From Malacoraja senta (lineage: Eukaryota), in contig CM075992.1 of NCBI GenBank assembly GCA_038087875.1, positions 8,434,001 to 8,498,000 on the forward strand: a stretch of 64,000 nt of DNA. Reading direction: 5' to 3'. The position numbers and the translations under genes are program-made. Positions 35,114 through 47,060 of the stretch are shown in pieces. Below the pieces are notes generated by a model that worked only from the letters and a program-made list of their open reading frames with translations, was not told the DNA's origin and searched no databases. Each line of letters starts with the position of its first letter. The first letter of the stretch is position 1.

Positions 35114-36430
35114 CTAAAAACGGAAGAATTGGAACAATTACCGTTAGTATGAATGGGCTGCATCTAACTCTACAATTATATAACATAGACATGATTAATC
35201 AGACTGGCAGCCCGAGTTTAAGACAGGAACCATACGATACGATACGAGGGAGTGCAGCGTAGGTTTACAAGGTTAATTCCCTGGATGGTGGGACTGTCAT
35301 ATGCTGAGAGAATAGAGCGGCTGGGTTTGTACACTCAGGAATTTAGAAGGATGAGAGGGTTACTTATTGAAACATATAAGATTATTAAGGGTTTGGACAC
35401 GCTAGAGGCAGGAAACGTGTTCCCGATGTTGGGGGAGTCCAGAACCAGGGACCACAGTTTAAGAATAAGGGGTAAGCCATTTAGAACGGAGATGAGGAAA
35501 CACTTTTTCACACAGAGTTGTGAGTTTGTGGAATTCCCTGCCTCAGAGGGCAGTGGAGGCCGGGTCTCTGGATACTTTCAAGAGAGAGCTTGATAGGGCT
35601 CTTAAAGATAGCGTAGTCAGGGGATATGGGGAGAAGGCAGGAACGGGGTACTGATTGTGGATGATCAGCCATGATCACATTGAATGACGGTGCTGGCTCG
35701 AAGGGCTGAATGGCCTACTCCTGCACTTATTGTCTGTTGTCTATTGATATGGTAGAACTTTATTTATCCCAGGAGAATTGTCTGCCAACAGTCATAAAAC
35801 ACAAGATACATGAAACATGAAATTAAAGTGAGGAATGGAAAGGATTAGGGATGTGGAAAGATTGGGGAGGGAAGTCTCACAGAGGGCTGTGGAGGCCAAG
35901 TCAGTGGATATATTTAAGATGGAGATAGTCAGATTCTTTATTAGTACGGGTGTCAGAGGTTATGGGGAGAATGCAGGAGAATGGGGTTGGGAGGGAAAGA
36001 TAGATCAGCCATGATCTTGATGGGCCGAACTGCCTAATTCACCTCCAATAACCTATGAACTTATGAACCACTAAAACCCACTAACATAGTTTAGTTTAGA
36101 GACACAGCATGGGAAAAGGCCCTTCAGCCCACCAAGTTCGTGGAGACCATCGATCACCCATTCACACTAGATCTATGTTATCCCACTTTCTCATCCACTC
36201 CCTACACACGGGACAATTTACAGGGGGGCATTTAATTACAAATCCGCAAGTCTTTGGGTCGTGGAAGGAAACCGGAGGAAATACGGGTGGTCAGAGGGTG
36301 AACGTGCAAACTCCGCAAGGACAGTACCCGAGGTCAGGATCGAACATGGATCTCTGGCACTGTAAGGCAGCAGCTCTACCGTGCTGGTGCAAGTGTAGAC
36401 AGTGTTATTGACAATCCTTGAGCGTATTAC

Positions 36431-36605
36431 CAAATGCTTCCATCGACTGCCGTTCTTCAAGTTGATTCACAGGAGCTTCGACCAAGGACATCATCATACT
36501 CTCTGCTTTGTCCAGCAACTGATCCACACTCCCGAGCTGGACAGACCGGCTGTTGACCACTGTCACTGTTTGGTACAGCTCCTGAATCTCACACGCACTG
36601 ATACA
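36431..36605 (-). CDS. Gene 2 GAIN subdomain A exon (CISACEIQELYQTV...QLLDKAESMMMSLVEAPVNQLEERQSMEAF)
   Basis: Acceptor ctctctggttacag, donor G|GTAAT; 175 nt, phase 0 to 1; parallels gene 1 exon 1698-1875. Confidence 0.8.
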
Positions 36606-36779
36606 CTGTAACCAGAGAGGGAGAATGGTTCAGGAGACAAGGAGTCGTTTTATCAGAAGAAAGACACAAAATGCCAGAGCAACTCAGCGGGACAGGCAGC
36701 ATCTCTGGAGAGAAGGAGTGGGTGACGTTTCGGGTCGGGACCCTTCAGGGTATTTTTCTGCTTTGCTTGCAGCTCTTAC

Positions 36780-36847
36780 CATTTCATCCGATGCTGTGGA
36801 ACTTGTAGCATTGCTTGTCTTGTTAATATAGCAGGACCTTTCACAAT
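36780..36847 (-). CDS. Gene 2 stalk exon (DCERSCYINKTSNATSSTASDEM)
   Basis: Acceptor cttcctcgccag, donor ATG|GTAAG; 68 nt, phase 1 to 0; two N-glycosylation sequons. Confidence 0.75.
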
Positions 36848-37939
36848 CTGGCGAGGAAGTTACTGATTAGTGTAATTCATAAGTTCAAAAGTTATAGAAG
36901 CAGAATTAGGCCATTCGGCCCATCAAGTCTACTCCGCCATTCAATCATGGCTGATCTATCTCTCCCTCTCAACCCCATTCTGACTTCTCCCCATAACCCC
37001 TGCGCCCGCACTAAGCAAGAATCAATAATTCGTTCCATGGTATCTCACTTTCTCATCCACTCCCTACACACCAAGGGCAATTTGAGTCCAATTAACCTAT
37101 AAATCCGCACGACTTTGGGATGTGAGAGAAAACCGGAGCACCCGGAGAAAGCCCACGTGGGTCACGGGGAGAACATGCAAACTCCGCACAGACAGCACCC
37201 GAGGTCAGGATGGAAACCGGGTCTATGGCGCTGTGAGGCAGCAACTCTACCTGTTGCACCACAGGCTTAGAATGTTATCGGAGACATTAGTTTCATCCCT
37301 GAATATTCAAAGTAGAACAACTACCATCAGACTCTGCAATATTGTGTCCATGTTTAGTTTAAATGTTTGAGAAAGAACTGCAGATGCTGGAAAAATCGAA
37401 GGTAGACAAAAATGCTGGAGAAACTCAGCGGGTGAGGCAGCATCTATGGAGCGATGGAATAGGTGACGTTTCGGGTCGACCCGAAACGTCACCTATTCCT
37501 TCGCTCCGTAGATGCTGCCTCACCCGCTGAGTTTCTCCAGCATTTTTGTCTACCATGTTTAGTTTAGTTTACTATATTGTACTGAGGTACAGTGAAAAAC
37601 TTTTTTGTTGTGTGCTATCCAGTCAGTGGAAAGAATATACATGATTATAATCTAGCCATTCACAGTGTGCAGATACATGATAGAGAGAATAACATGAATA
37701 ATGTTTAGTGCAAGATAAAGTCTAGTAAAGTCTAATCAAAGATTGTCCGAGGGTCTACAATGAGGTAGATAGTAGCTCAGGACCGCTCTCTAGTTGGTGA
37801 GAGGACGGTTCAGTTGCCTGATAACAGCTGGGAAGAAACTGTCCCTGAATCTGGAGGTGTGTGTTTTCACACTTCTGTACCTCTTGCCTGATGGGAGAGG
37901 GGAGAAGAGGGTGTGATTTGTCCTTGAATATGCAGTGTC

Positions 37940-38480
37940 GCCTGGCTTGGGCGCCATCTTGGGTGGCATCAGCCCTTGTGGATGGCATCGATCAACTAGG
38001 GTAGCACGGGTAGGAAATGCCATCTTGGATGGGGAATGCCCATCATGGATGGCATTGATAATCTAGGTGGCACCTGCCCATCTACAGTGGCATTGGCCCA
38101 CCTAGTGTGGCATCAGCTCATCTTGGGTGGCATCTGTCTAGGGTGGTATCAGACCATGTATGATGGTATTGGCCATCTAGGATGGAATCAACATACCTAG
38201 GGTGGCAATGGCCCATCTAGGATGGCATGTAGCCATCTTTGGTGGCATCTTGGGTGCAATCAAACCATCTAGAGGCATCAGCCCATCTTGTATGGCATCG
38301 ATAATCTTGGGTAGGATTGGCCCATATTGGGTGGCATCAGAACCTAGGGTGTTGTCAATCCCTCTAGGGTGTCATTGGCCATCTAGGATGCCCTCAGCAC
38401 ATCAAAGATGGCATTGGCATCAGCCCATATAGGGGGCATTGGGCATCTAGGGTGTGGAATGCCCAGTGTGATGGGCATCT
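37940..38480. repeat. Degenerate ~21-bp tandem repeat (GGTGGCATCAGCCCATCTAG-like)
   Basis: Recurrent TGGCAT...CCATCT(A/T)G units. Confidence 0.8.
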
Positions 38481-38496
38481 GCAGCAACCTCCTGAC

Positions 38497-38607
38497 CTGT
38501 GCAGTTGATGTGTGTCCCTGCGGCGAGGCAGCAGAATCCCCCAATGGTGTTCAGGCAGTTCTCCTTCCGGCCACATTTCTTCGAGTTCTTCTCGCACTCG
38601 TCCACAT
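38497..38607 (-). CDS. Gene 2 calcium-binding EGF-like exon (DVDECEKNSKKCGRKENCLNTIGGFCCLAAGTHINCT)
   Basis: Acceptor tctatttccag, donor G|GTCAG; 111 nt, phase 1 to 1; DVDEC...CxNTxGGF cbEGF motif. Confidence 0.9.
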
Positions 38608-39606
38608 CTGGAAATAGATCAGAACATCAAGCCCACCGTCTTCCCGACTCCGCTGGTCCCTGCCTCAGCCTGCATGGTGGCTGAGAGGGGGGCTCACGTT
38701 TAACCCAGAGGTTCATAACGTCGTAAGTTATAGGAGCAGAATTAGGCCATTCGGCCCATTAAGTCTACTCCGCCATTCAATCTCTTCCTCCTAACCCCAT
38801 TCTCCATCCTTCTCCCCATACTAATTCGAGTGGCACAGTGGCGCAGCGGTTAGCGCCGCTGTCTCACAGCGCCAGAGACCCGGGCTCAATCCTGAACTCC
38901 CGCGCTGTCTATGTGGAGTTTGCACGTTAGTGGCATTAGTGACTTTGATGATGTGGCTGTTATTGAATAATGATTGAATTATGGAATAATCAAATCAATA
39001 ACGTTCCACAAATGACAATTAAAAACTTCGCTAAGATTACCACGCACACACGCACGGTTTAGAATAAGCATGGCACAGTGCCAGAGTCCCAGGTTCGATC
39101 CTGACCTCCAGCGCTGTCTTTGTGGAGTTTGCACGTTCTTCCTGTGACCGCGTGGGTTTCCTCCCACACTCCAACGACGTGTGGTTTTGTAGGTTAATTG
39201 GCCCCCTGTAAATTGCCCCTAGTGTGTAGGGAGCAGATGAGAAAGTGGGATAACATAGAACTGGTGTGAACGGGCGATCGATGGTTGGCTTGGACTCGAT
39301 AGGCCTGTTTCCTTTCTAAACATTTCAATTAATAGGTTAAAAGTTTATAAATCTCAGGACTGAGACCATTGAGTCATAGAGACACACAGCAGGGAAACAG
39401 ACCGTTCAGTTACAGGTGTAGGAAGGAACTGCAGATGCTGGATTAAACTAAGGATAGACACAAAATGCTGGAGTAACTCAGCGGGACAGGCAGCTTCTCT
39501 GGAGAGAAGGAATGGGTGGGGTTGAAGACCCTTCTTCAGACTGTGAGGGAGATACAATCAGCCATGTCCTAACCTGCTCAACCTCTCCCTATAGCTCATG
39601 CCCTCC

Positions 39607-40182
39607 TAGGGTTGCCAACTTTCTCACTCCCAAATAAGGCCAAAATACGGGACAAATTCCCAACAGCAATTCATTGACCGATTCGTCCGTGGCTGGGTGA
39701 ATGTTGAGTTGGCCCGGGTGCTGGACTGCACACAAAGCCCAGCCGGCGGGTCATCTGAGGAGTTTTGGCCCGGGTGCTGGACTTTGTACGGCCCGGGCCA
39801 AAACTCCTCAGCTGGCCCGCCAGCTGGGCTTTGTGTTCTGCAGCGCACAAAGTCCAGCACCCCGTGCAACTCATAAACCGATCATCGGCCATGAGAAGGA
39901 GGGGTGGTGGTGTCGGCGGTAAGCAAAGGTCCGAAGGTCAGACAGCTGGCTGGGCTGCCGACCGACAGGGCCACGGGCGAGGCGCTGTTGCTGCTGCACT
40001 CCATTGGGCTGCACTACGTCGGGACAGGTGAGGCGGGGCCGGACGCGACGCTCCGACCCGACAGTCCCTTCGACCCGAGTAGTAGCAGTCAAATACGGGA
40101 CAAGGGCGGTCCCGTACGGGACAAACCAATTTAACCCAATATACGGGATGTCCCGGCTAATACGGGACAGTTGGCAACCCTA
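39607..40182 (-). mobile_element. hAT-type MITE, copy 4 (internal inverted duplication)
   Basis: Perfect 13-bp TIRs; degenerate TSD (TGCCCTCC/GTCCCTCT). Confidence 0.85.
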
Positions 40183-40799
40183 GTCCCTCTGGTCCTGGCA
40201 ACATCCTTGTAAATAGCACCCTTTCCAGCCTGACAACATCCAATTGCAAGCTGACCAAAACTGAACACAATACAACAAATGTGGCCTCGGCAACGTCTTG
40301 TACAACTGCGACGTAACATCCCAACTTCTATTCTCAATAGACACAAAAGGCTGGAGTAACTCAGCGGGTCAGGCAGCATCTCTGGAGAGAAGGAATGGGT
40401 GACGTTTCGGGTCGAGCCTTCCTCAGACTGAGGGGAACTCGGAGTCAGGGGACAGGAAAACGAGAGATATAGACGGTGATATAGAACAAATGAATGCAAA
40501 ATATGCCAAAAAGCAACGATGACGAATGATATACTCAACACTCTGACTGATGAAACCCTACACACTAGAGACAAATTCATAATTTTTATCGAAGCCAATT
40601 AAACTACAAACCTGCATGTCTGTGGGATGTAGGAGGAAACCGGAGCACCCGGAGAAATCCCACGCAGTCACGGGGAGAACGTACAAACTCTGTACAGGCA
40701 GCTCCCGTAATCAGGATGGAACCCGGGTCTCCGGCGCTGTGAGGCAGCAACTCTACCGCTGCGCCACCGTGCCGCCCTACTGACACAAATTGGGCTTAC

Positions 40800-40943
40800 C
40801 TTTACAGTAGGGACGTCCAGTTGTGCAGGAGTTCCCTTCCATGCATAATTTAAACCCTGCCTTACAGTAACAGTAGGGGTCACTGCCATTAGACATGCAG
40901 GACGAGCCGGGAGGGCACTTCCGTGAGCCACAAAGGTCGGACT
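40800..40943 (-). CDS. Gene 2 EGF-like exon 1 (ESDLCGSRKCPPGSSCMSNGSDPYCYCKAGFKLCMEGNSCTTGRPYCK)
   Basis: AG/GTAAG bounded; 144 nt, phase 1 to 1; CxCxxGF EGF signature. Confidence 0.88.
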
Positions 40944-41427
40944 CTGAAAAACAACATTCCAGACGATCAGCACAGACACAATCCTCCTTCAGTCTGAGAC
41001 TCAGGGAAGAGTCTCTGGAGGTACGCGAAGGTATAACGAACAAATGTTTGCCACAAAGACACACAGGGGTGATCTTATAGAGGAGTATAAAATCATGAGA
41101 GGAATAGATCTTGTAGATGCACAGAGTAGGGGAATCGAGGACCAGAGGACATAGGCTCAAGGTGAAGGGGAAACAATTTAATAGGAATCTGAGAGGTAAC
41201 TTTTGCACACAAAGTGTGGTGGGTGTATGGAACAAGCTGCCAGAGGTGGTAGTTGAGGTTGGGACTATCCCAATGTTTGAGAAACAGGTACACGGATAGG
41301 ACAGGTTTGGAGGGATATGGGCCAAGGATATGGGACAGGTGGGACTAGTGTATCTGGGACATGTTGGCTGGTGTAGGCAAGTTGGGCCGAAGGGGCTGTT
41401 TCCACACTGTATGACGCTATGACTTAC

Positions 41428-41508
41428 CCAGACACTTGTCTCTGTTACCAGAGGAGCAGGGATCAGAAGAAACGGCAGGGTACACCAGCAGACTGTATAG
41501 CAACAACA
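41428..41508 (-). CDS. Gene 2 signal-peptide exon (xLLLYSLLVYPAVSSDPCSSGNRDKCL)
   Basis: Acceptor ctctctgcttgcag, donor G|GTAAGT; 81 nt, phase 1 to 1; hydrophobic core followed by AVSS|D. Confidence 0.8.
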
Positions 41509-44500
41509 CTGCAAGCAGAGAGAGAGGTCAGTTAGCACATATTCCCCCAGTAACACACCTAAGATCCAGATCAGATTCACATTCAGATTAGCTTATCGTC
41601 GCACACACAACGGTGGTGCAGCAGTAGAGTTGCTGCCTCACAGCACCAGAGACCCGGGTTCCATCCTGACTATGGGTGCTGTCTGTACGGAGTTTGTACG
41701 CTCTCCCCGTGATATGGAAGGTAATGTGTGAAAACGACAGATCATATGAGTCCTGGGCAGACAAAAATGCTGGAGAAACTCAGCGGGTGAGGCAGCATCT
41801 ATGCATCGAAGGAATAGGTGACGTTTTGGATCGAGACCCTTCTTCAGAATCCTCATTTGTACCTACAACAGAACGCAGACATTCCTACTTGCAGCAGCGG
41901 AACAGGCCTCTAAGCACAATACTCATCGATACCATATCATAAACAAATAATTAATTAATTAATGACCCCCCAACTCTAGTGCAAAAAAGTCCGATGTCCC
42001 TTGAGCATCCATGTTCAGATGATCTCGGAGTAGAATCAGGCCATTTGGCCCATCGAGTCTACTCTACCATAAACTAAAATGGGTGACGTTTCAGGTCGAG
42101 ACCCTTTGGGTTACTCCAGCTTTTTGTGTCTATCTTTAGTTTAGTGTAGTTTATTATTGTGTAGCGAGGTACAGCGAAAAGCGTTTTAGTTTCGTTCCGA
42201 AGGGCCTGTTTCCATGCTGCATCTCCAAACTAAGCTAAACTAAGCTGCCGACTGTGACTAGCTTCCCCAGAGAAAGTCTAACCATTGTCTCCTGAATTTA
42301 ATCACACTGAAGCTCTCATCAATATCCTGGGCTGACCACGGACTAGACGGTCAAATGGTCAGGAGCAGTGTATTGTGTGGTGACAGGTTCACATACAAAC
42401 TTACAAGAATGATCCCAGCAATGAGTGGGTTAACCTATGATGAGTGTTTGACGACACTGGGCCTGTACTCACTGGAGTTTAGAAGAATGAGGGGGGACCT
42501 CATTGAAACGTACCGAATAGTGAAAGGCCTGGATAGAGTAGATGTGGAAAGGATGTTTCCACTAGTGGGAGAGTGTAGGAACCGAGGCCACAGCCTCAGA
42601 ATTAAAGGACGTTCCTTTCGGAAGGAGATGAGGAGGAATTTCTTTAGTCAGAGGGTGGTGAATCTGTGGAATTCTTTGCCACAAAAGGCAGTGGAGGCCA
42701 AGTCAGTGGATATTTTTAAGGCAGAGATAGATAGATTCTTGATTAGTATGGGTATCAGAGGTTATGGCGAGAAGGCAGGAGAATGGGAGGAGGAGGGAGA
42801 GATAGATCAGCCATGATCGAATGGGGGAGTAGACTTGATGGGCCGAATGGCCTAATTCTGCTCCTATTCTTATGACATGCAACCCAAGGCCTGCAGCGCG
42901 CTTTCAAGCTCCGGTAACTTCTGCCGGACGGGAGCGGGGAGAAGGAGGAATGGCCGGGGTGGGACAAGCCTTTGATATGCAGGGACTGGAGGGATATGGA
43001 TTACGTGCAGGCAGAGGAGATGAGTATGACTTAGCGTCATGTTCGGCACAGACACTGTGGGTCTATTCCTGCGCTGTTCAGTTCTATGTTCATTTTCTTG
43101 CAGCATGACCTGAGCCACAAAGGAAATTAGTGAAGCATTTTTTGAGTCGTGGTCTAGTGTCACGGGGAGAACGTGCAAAGTCCGTACAGACAGCACCCGT
43201 TGTCAGGATCGAACCCGGGTCTTTGCCATGACGAGGCAGCTACTCTACCGCTGCGCCACCGTGCCATCCTAGGACGGGTAGCATCTGTGGAGGGCAATGG
43301 ACAATCAACGTTTTGGGTCGGGAGCCTTCTTTAGTCTGTACACCAGCACTATCCTACACACTAGGGACAATTTACAGAAGCCAATTAACCTACAAACCTG
43401 TAACTCTTTGGAGTGTGGGTGGAAACCAGAGTACCCGGAGAAAACCCACGCAGGTCACGCTGACAACGTACTGACTGAGACTGCAACGACTAGGTTCAGG
43501 AATAGCTGCTTCTCCACAGCCATCAATCTATTAAATTCAGCTCGGACAAAATTCTGAACACTAATAGCCCATAATCTGTTTATTTGCACTTTATCAGTTT
43601 ATTTATTCATGTGTGTATATATTTATACAATGGCATATGGACACACTGATCTGTTCTGTATTCGTGCCTACTATGTTCTGGTGTGCTAAAGCAAAGCAAG
43701 AATTTCATTGTCCTATCAGGGACACATGACAATAAACTCTCTTGAACTCTTAACTCCGTACAGACAGCACCCGTAGTCAGGATTGAACCTGAGTCTCTGG
43801 CGCTGTGAGGCAGCAACTCTACCGCTGCGCCATAGTACAACCCTGAATGACTGAGTCTAACTGCCTGTGGTGCTGCTGCCAGCAAGATTCTCCATTATAC
43901 CTGCATCTCACAGCCCGTGTGAACTCAACAATCAACTTGGTGCTTCACTGGGGCTTTGAACTCCGCCGCAATTTCCTCCCAAGCCTGCGGGTGGCAGCAC
44001 TTGACTGGATGTGTTCCACAGCCCAGGCAATGGCCTGGAAAGCAAGCGACTTAACTCAATGGGTCAGGCAGCATATGTGGAGATCATGGGCCTGTTTCCA
44101 TAACAAGACACAAGGCGCCAGAGTAACCCAGCGGGCCAGGCAGCATCTGTGGAGATCATGGAGAGGTTTTGGGCCTGGATTCTTCCTCAGAATTTGCCTG
44201 AAGAAGTGTCCCGACCCAAAACGTCGCCTATCCACGTTCTCCGGAGATGCTGCCTGACCCGCTGAGTTACTGGTGACGGGATCAGATGTTCGGGGTAAAG
44301 TTATTCGGACAGGGGGGATTACCTCCGACGTCTTCAAGGTGGGCTGCAGGAGGCGCCCCCGGGACACAGAGGCGGTCGGGCGGGAGAGGAGAGGGACGTG
44401 GGTCGGCGGGCTTGGCCGGTCGAGGGTGACGGAGGAGGCCCTGCAGCAGCCTGGGGCTCGCCTGGATGAGGAGCCACTCCAGTACATCACGCACGTGGAC

Positions 44501-45226
44501 CAGAGTTTGGACTTCGAACTTTTTACAAATGGCGCAAAAATATGGCGACGCGCAAGGATTACACTGAAGTGTCAAAAGAGTATTTAATTGTCATATGCGC
44601 TGTCAAAGAAACAATTAAATTCTTAACAGACCCACAATATATAACTCTGCTGCTTGTAGGTGGAGTTGGTCTGAAAGCGGTTTCCACTCAGATCTGGGTA
44701 CAATCCCTGATCCTTCAATAGTTTACATAAGCTTAGTTTAGAGATTTAGCGCCAAAACAGGCCCTTCGGCCCACCGAATCTGCACCGACTAGCGATCCCT
44801 GCACACTAATACTACCCTACACACACTAGAGACAATTTACATTTACACCAAGCCAATTAACCTACACACCTGTACACCTTTGGAGTGTGGGAGGAAACCA
44901 AAGATCCTGGAGAAAGCCCATGGGGAGAACGTACAGACTCCGTACAGACAGCACCCGTAGTGGCGATCGGACCCGGTTCTCTGGCGCTGTGAGCATTGTA
45001 AGGCAGCAACTCTACCGCTGTGCCACCATGCTGCCCTAGGCCAATAACAGGCCATATTTTAATATTTTCATCTTTCATATTCCATATTTCCAGACCACTA
45101 GTCCAGCTTCAAGAAGTTGAGCAGAATGCTGCCTGAATTAAAGTGCATTAGTTACAAGGAGAGGTTGGACAGACTTGGATCATTCTCTCTGTAATCCAAG
45201 GGTTGAGGACAGGCCTGACTGAAGTA

Positions 45227-45777
45227 CCGTATTTCCCGGCGTCCAAGACGCAATTTTTTACTCTAAAATAAGGCCGAATATTTACCTGCGTCTTGGAGGC
45301 CGAAGGTTAGGCGAGCAATGCCACTCTCGTAGCGACTGCTCCGCGGAACCTGCCACGCCTTTGACCCTGGAACTGTGTGAGGTGGTAAGCGGCTGTAATA
45401 GGACAGCGCCGCTGGGGGGTGGGGTAGAGTTCCTATCCACAGCGTGTGGGGAGTCTGGCCCAGGTCAGCACGGCCTGGGCTGCACAAAGTAGTAAACTTG
45501 GCTGGACCGCCAGGGATAAAGTTGCGGGGAGGCAGGAGCGTTGAGAAGGACGGGGTCGGAGATCATGCCAGCTACTCAATCTCTCACTCACTGCTGCCCC
45601 ATTGTGGCCGGGGAGGGAAATAGCTCAGGTGGCTGTGAGCGGCCGCCAGGACCGGACAGCAGAACCGACCGCCACCTCAGCGCCTTCTGCCGGCCCGCCA
45701 GCCAGCCACGGTGTCCTTCGGCGCAGGTGCAACCGGTGGAGGTGGTGGGGTGCGTCTTCATTGCCGGGAAATACGGG
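45227..45777. mobile_element. TA-flanked MITE (Tc1/mariner superfamily, Tc2/pogo-like ends) inside a CR1 fragment
   Basis: TIR CCGTATTTCCCGGCnnnnAAGACGCA at both ends; TA at 45225-26 and 45778-79; the host CR1 reads through when it is removed. Confidence 0.8.
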
Positions 45778-46438
45778 TACACAAAATTACGAGAGGCGCA
45801 GATAGGGTAGACAGAGACCTTTTTCCCCAGGGTAAAAATGTCAAAGATTAGAGGGCATAGCTGTAATGTGAGAGGGTGATAATGTAAAGGAGATGTTTTT
45901 AACACAGAAGGTGGTGGGTGCCTGGAACGTGCCGCCTGGGCTGGTGGTGGAGGCAGATACGATAGTGTCTAAGAGGGTTTTAGACAGGCACATGGATAGG
46001 TTTGTTTATTATTGTTTTGTGTACCGAGGTACAGTGGAAAGCTTTGTTTTGCTATGTAATCAGATCAGATATACTGTGCCACACATAAATGCAATCAAGC
46101 CAAACTCAAGTACAGTAGGTAGAGCAAAGGGGAAGATAGAGTGCAGAATATAGCTCTCAGCATTGTAGCGCATCAGTTCCACAGACAAAGTCCAATGTCC
46201 GCAATGGGGTAGAGGTGAATGGGACAGTACCCTAGCTTATGGAAGGACCGTTCAGAAGCCTGAGAACAGAGGGGAAGAAGCTGTTCCTGAGTCTGGTGGT
46301 GCGCGCTTTCAAGCTTCTGTATCTTCTGCCGGACGGGAGCGGGGAGAGGAAGGAATGACCGGCTTAGGACAAGTTTTTGATATGCAGGGAATTGAGGGAT
46401 ATGGATCACGTGCAGGCAGAGGAGATTAGTATGACTTA

Positions 46439-47060
46439 AGGGCCTGTCCCACTCACACGATTATTTCGGCGACTGCCGGCGTCTGTCACAGTCGCAGCAG
46501 GTCACCGAAAAAACGGCGACTGGACCCCCCCTACGACAATGTCTACCACAAGCTACCACCTAGTCGACGTCAACCTACGGCAAGCTACCGACAACCGGCG
46601 ACCCATTAGGACGTCCACACCTACGACAACCTACGACCACACAGGCAACAACCTACGACAACCAAAGTCAACCTACGTCCACCCATGACAAGCTACGACA
46701 AGCTATGACCTTGTCGGCGACAACTGAAGACAATTCAGTCGCTGGTACCAGTCGCCGGTTGACATAGGTAGTTGCCAATGAAATTCACCGAAGTCAGCAC
46801 CCGGCGACAACCAACGTCACCTGGCGACAACCTGCGTCATCCTGGCGACAACCTACGACAGCACCTACGTCAGGAGAAGACAAGCTACGTCAAGCCCACA
46901 GTCGCCGAAAAGTTTTGAACATTTCAAAATCCAGCGGCAACCAGAAAAACGTTACGACTCTTTAAGCGCCTTGAGGAGATGACTCACAACCATACAGGCG
47001 TCACCCCGCGACGATGTCGCCTGTAGTCGCCGGAAAAATCGCCTAAGTGGGACAGGGCCT
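46439..47060. mobile_element. PIF/Harbinger-type MITE D
   Basis: Same TIR core; TTA TSD confirmed by an empty paralogous site at 43031-43033. Confidence 0.87.

Larger units (their letters stand above)
33573..41508 (-). other. Gene 2: ADGRE-family adhesion GPCR, N-terminal part (signal peptide, 2 EGF-like domains, GAIN); broken by an assembly gap, ATG exon not located
   Basis: Seven phase-compatible exons on the minus strand; the last three parallel gene 1's GAIN exons in size, phase and motif. Confidence 0.85.

Noticed and set aside
33573..36605. Gene 2 exons as the inverted 5' half of gene 1
   Set aside because: Both genes have their own versions of the same three GAIN exons, so they are separate paralogs.
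40777..41580. 267-aa single-exon Cys-rich protein
   Set aside because: A chance read-through of two real exons (in different frames) and an intronic CR1 fragment.
44273..44587. GC-rich ORF as a possible exon
   Set aside because: It shares GCAGC.GCCTGGGGCTCGCCTGGAT with ~34845-34870, so it is an unclassified dispersed repeat; no convincing splice sites.
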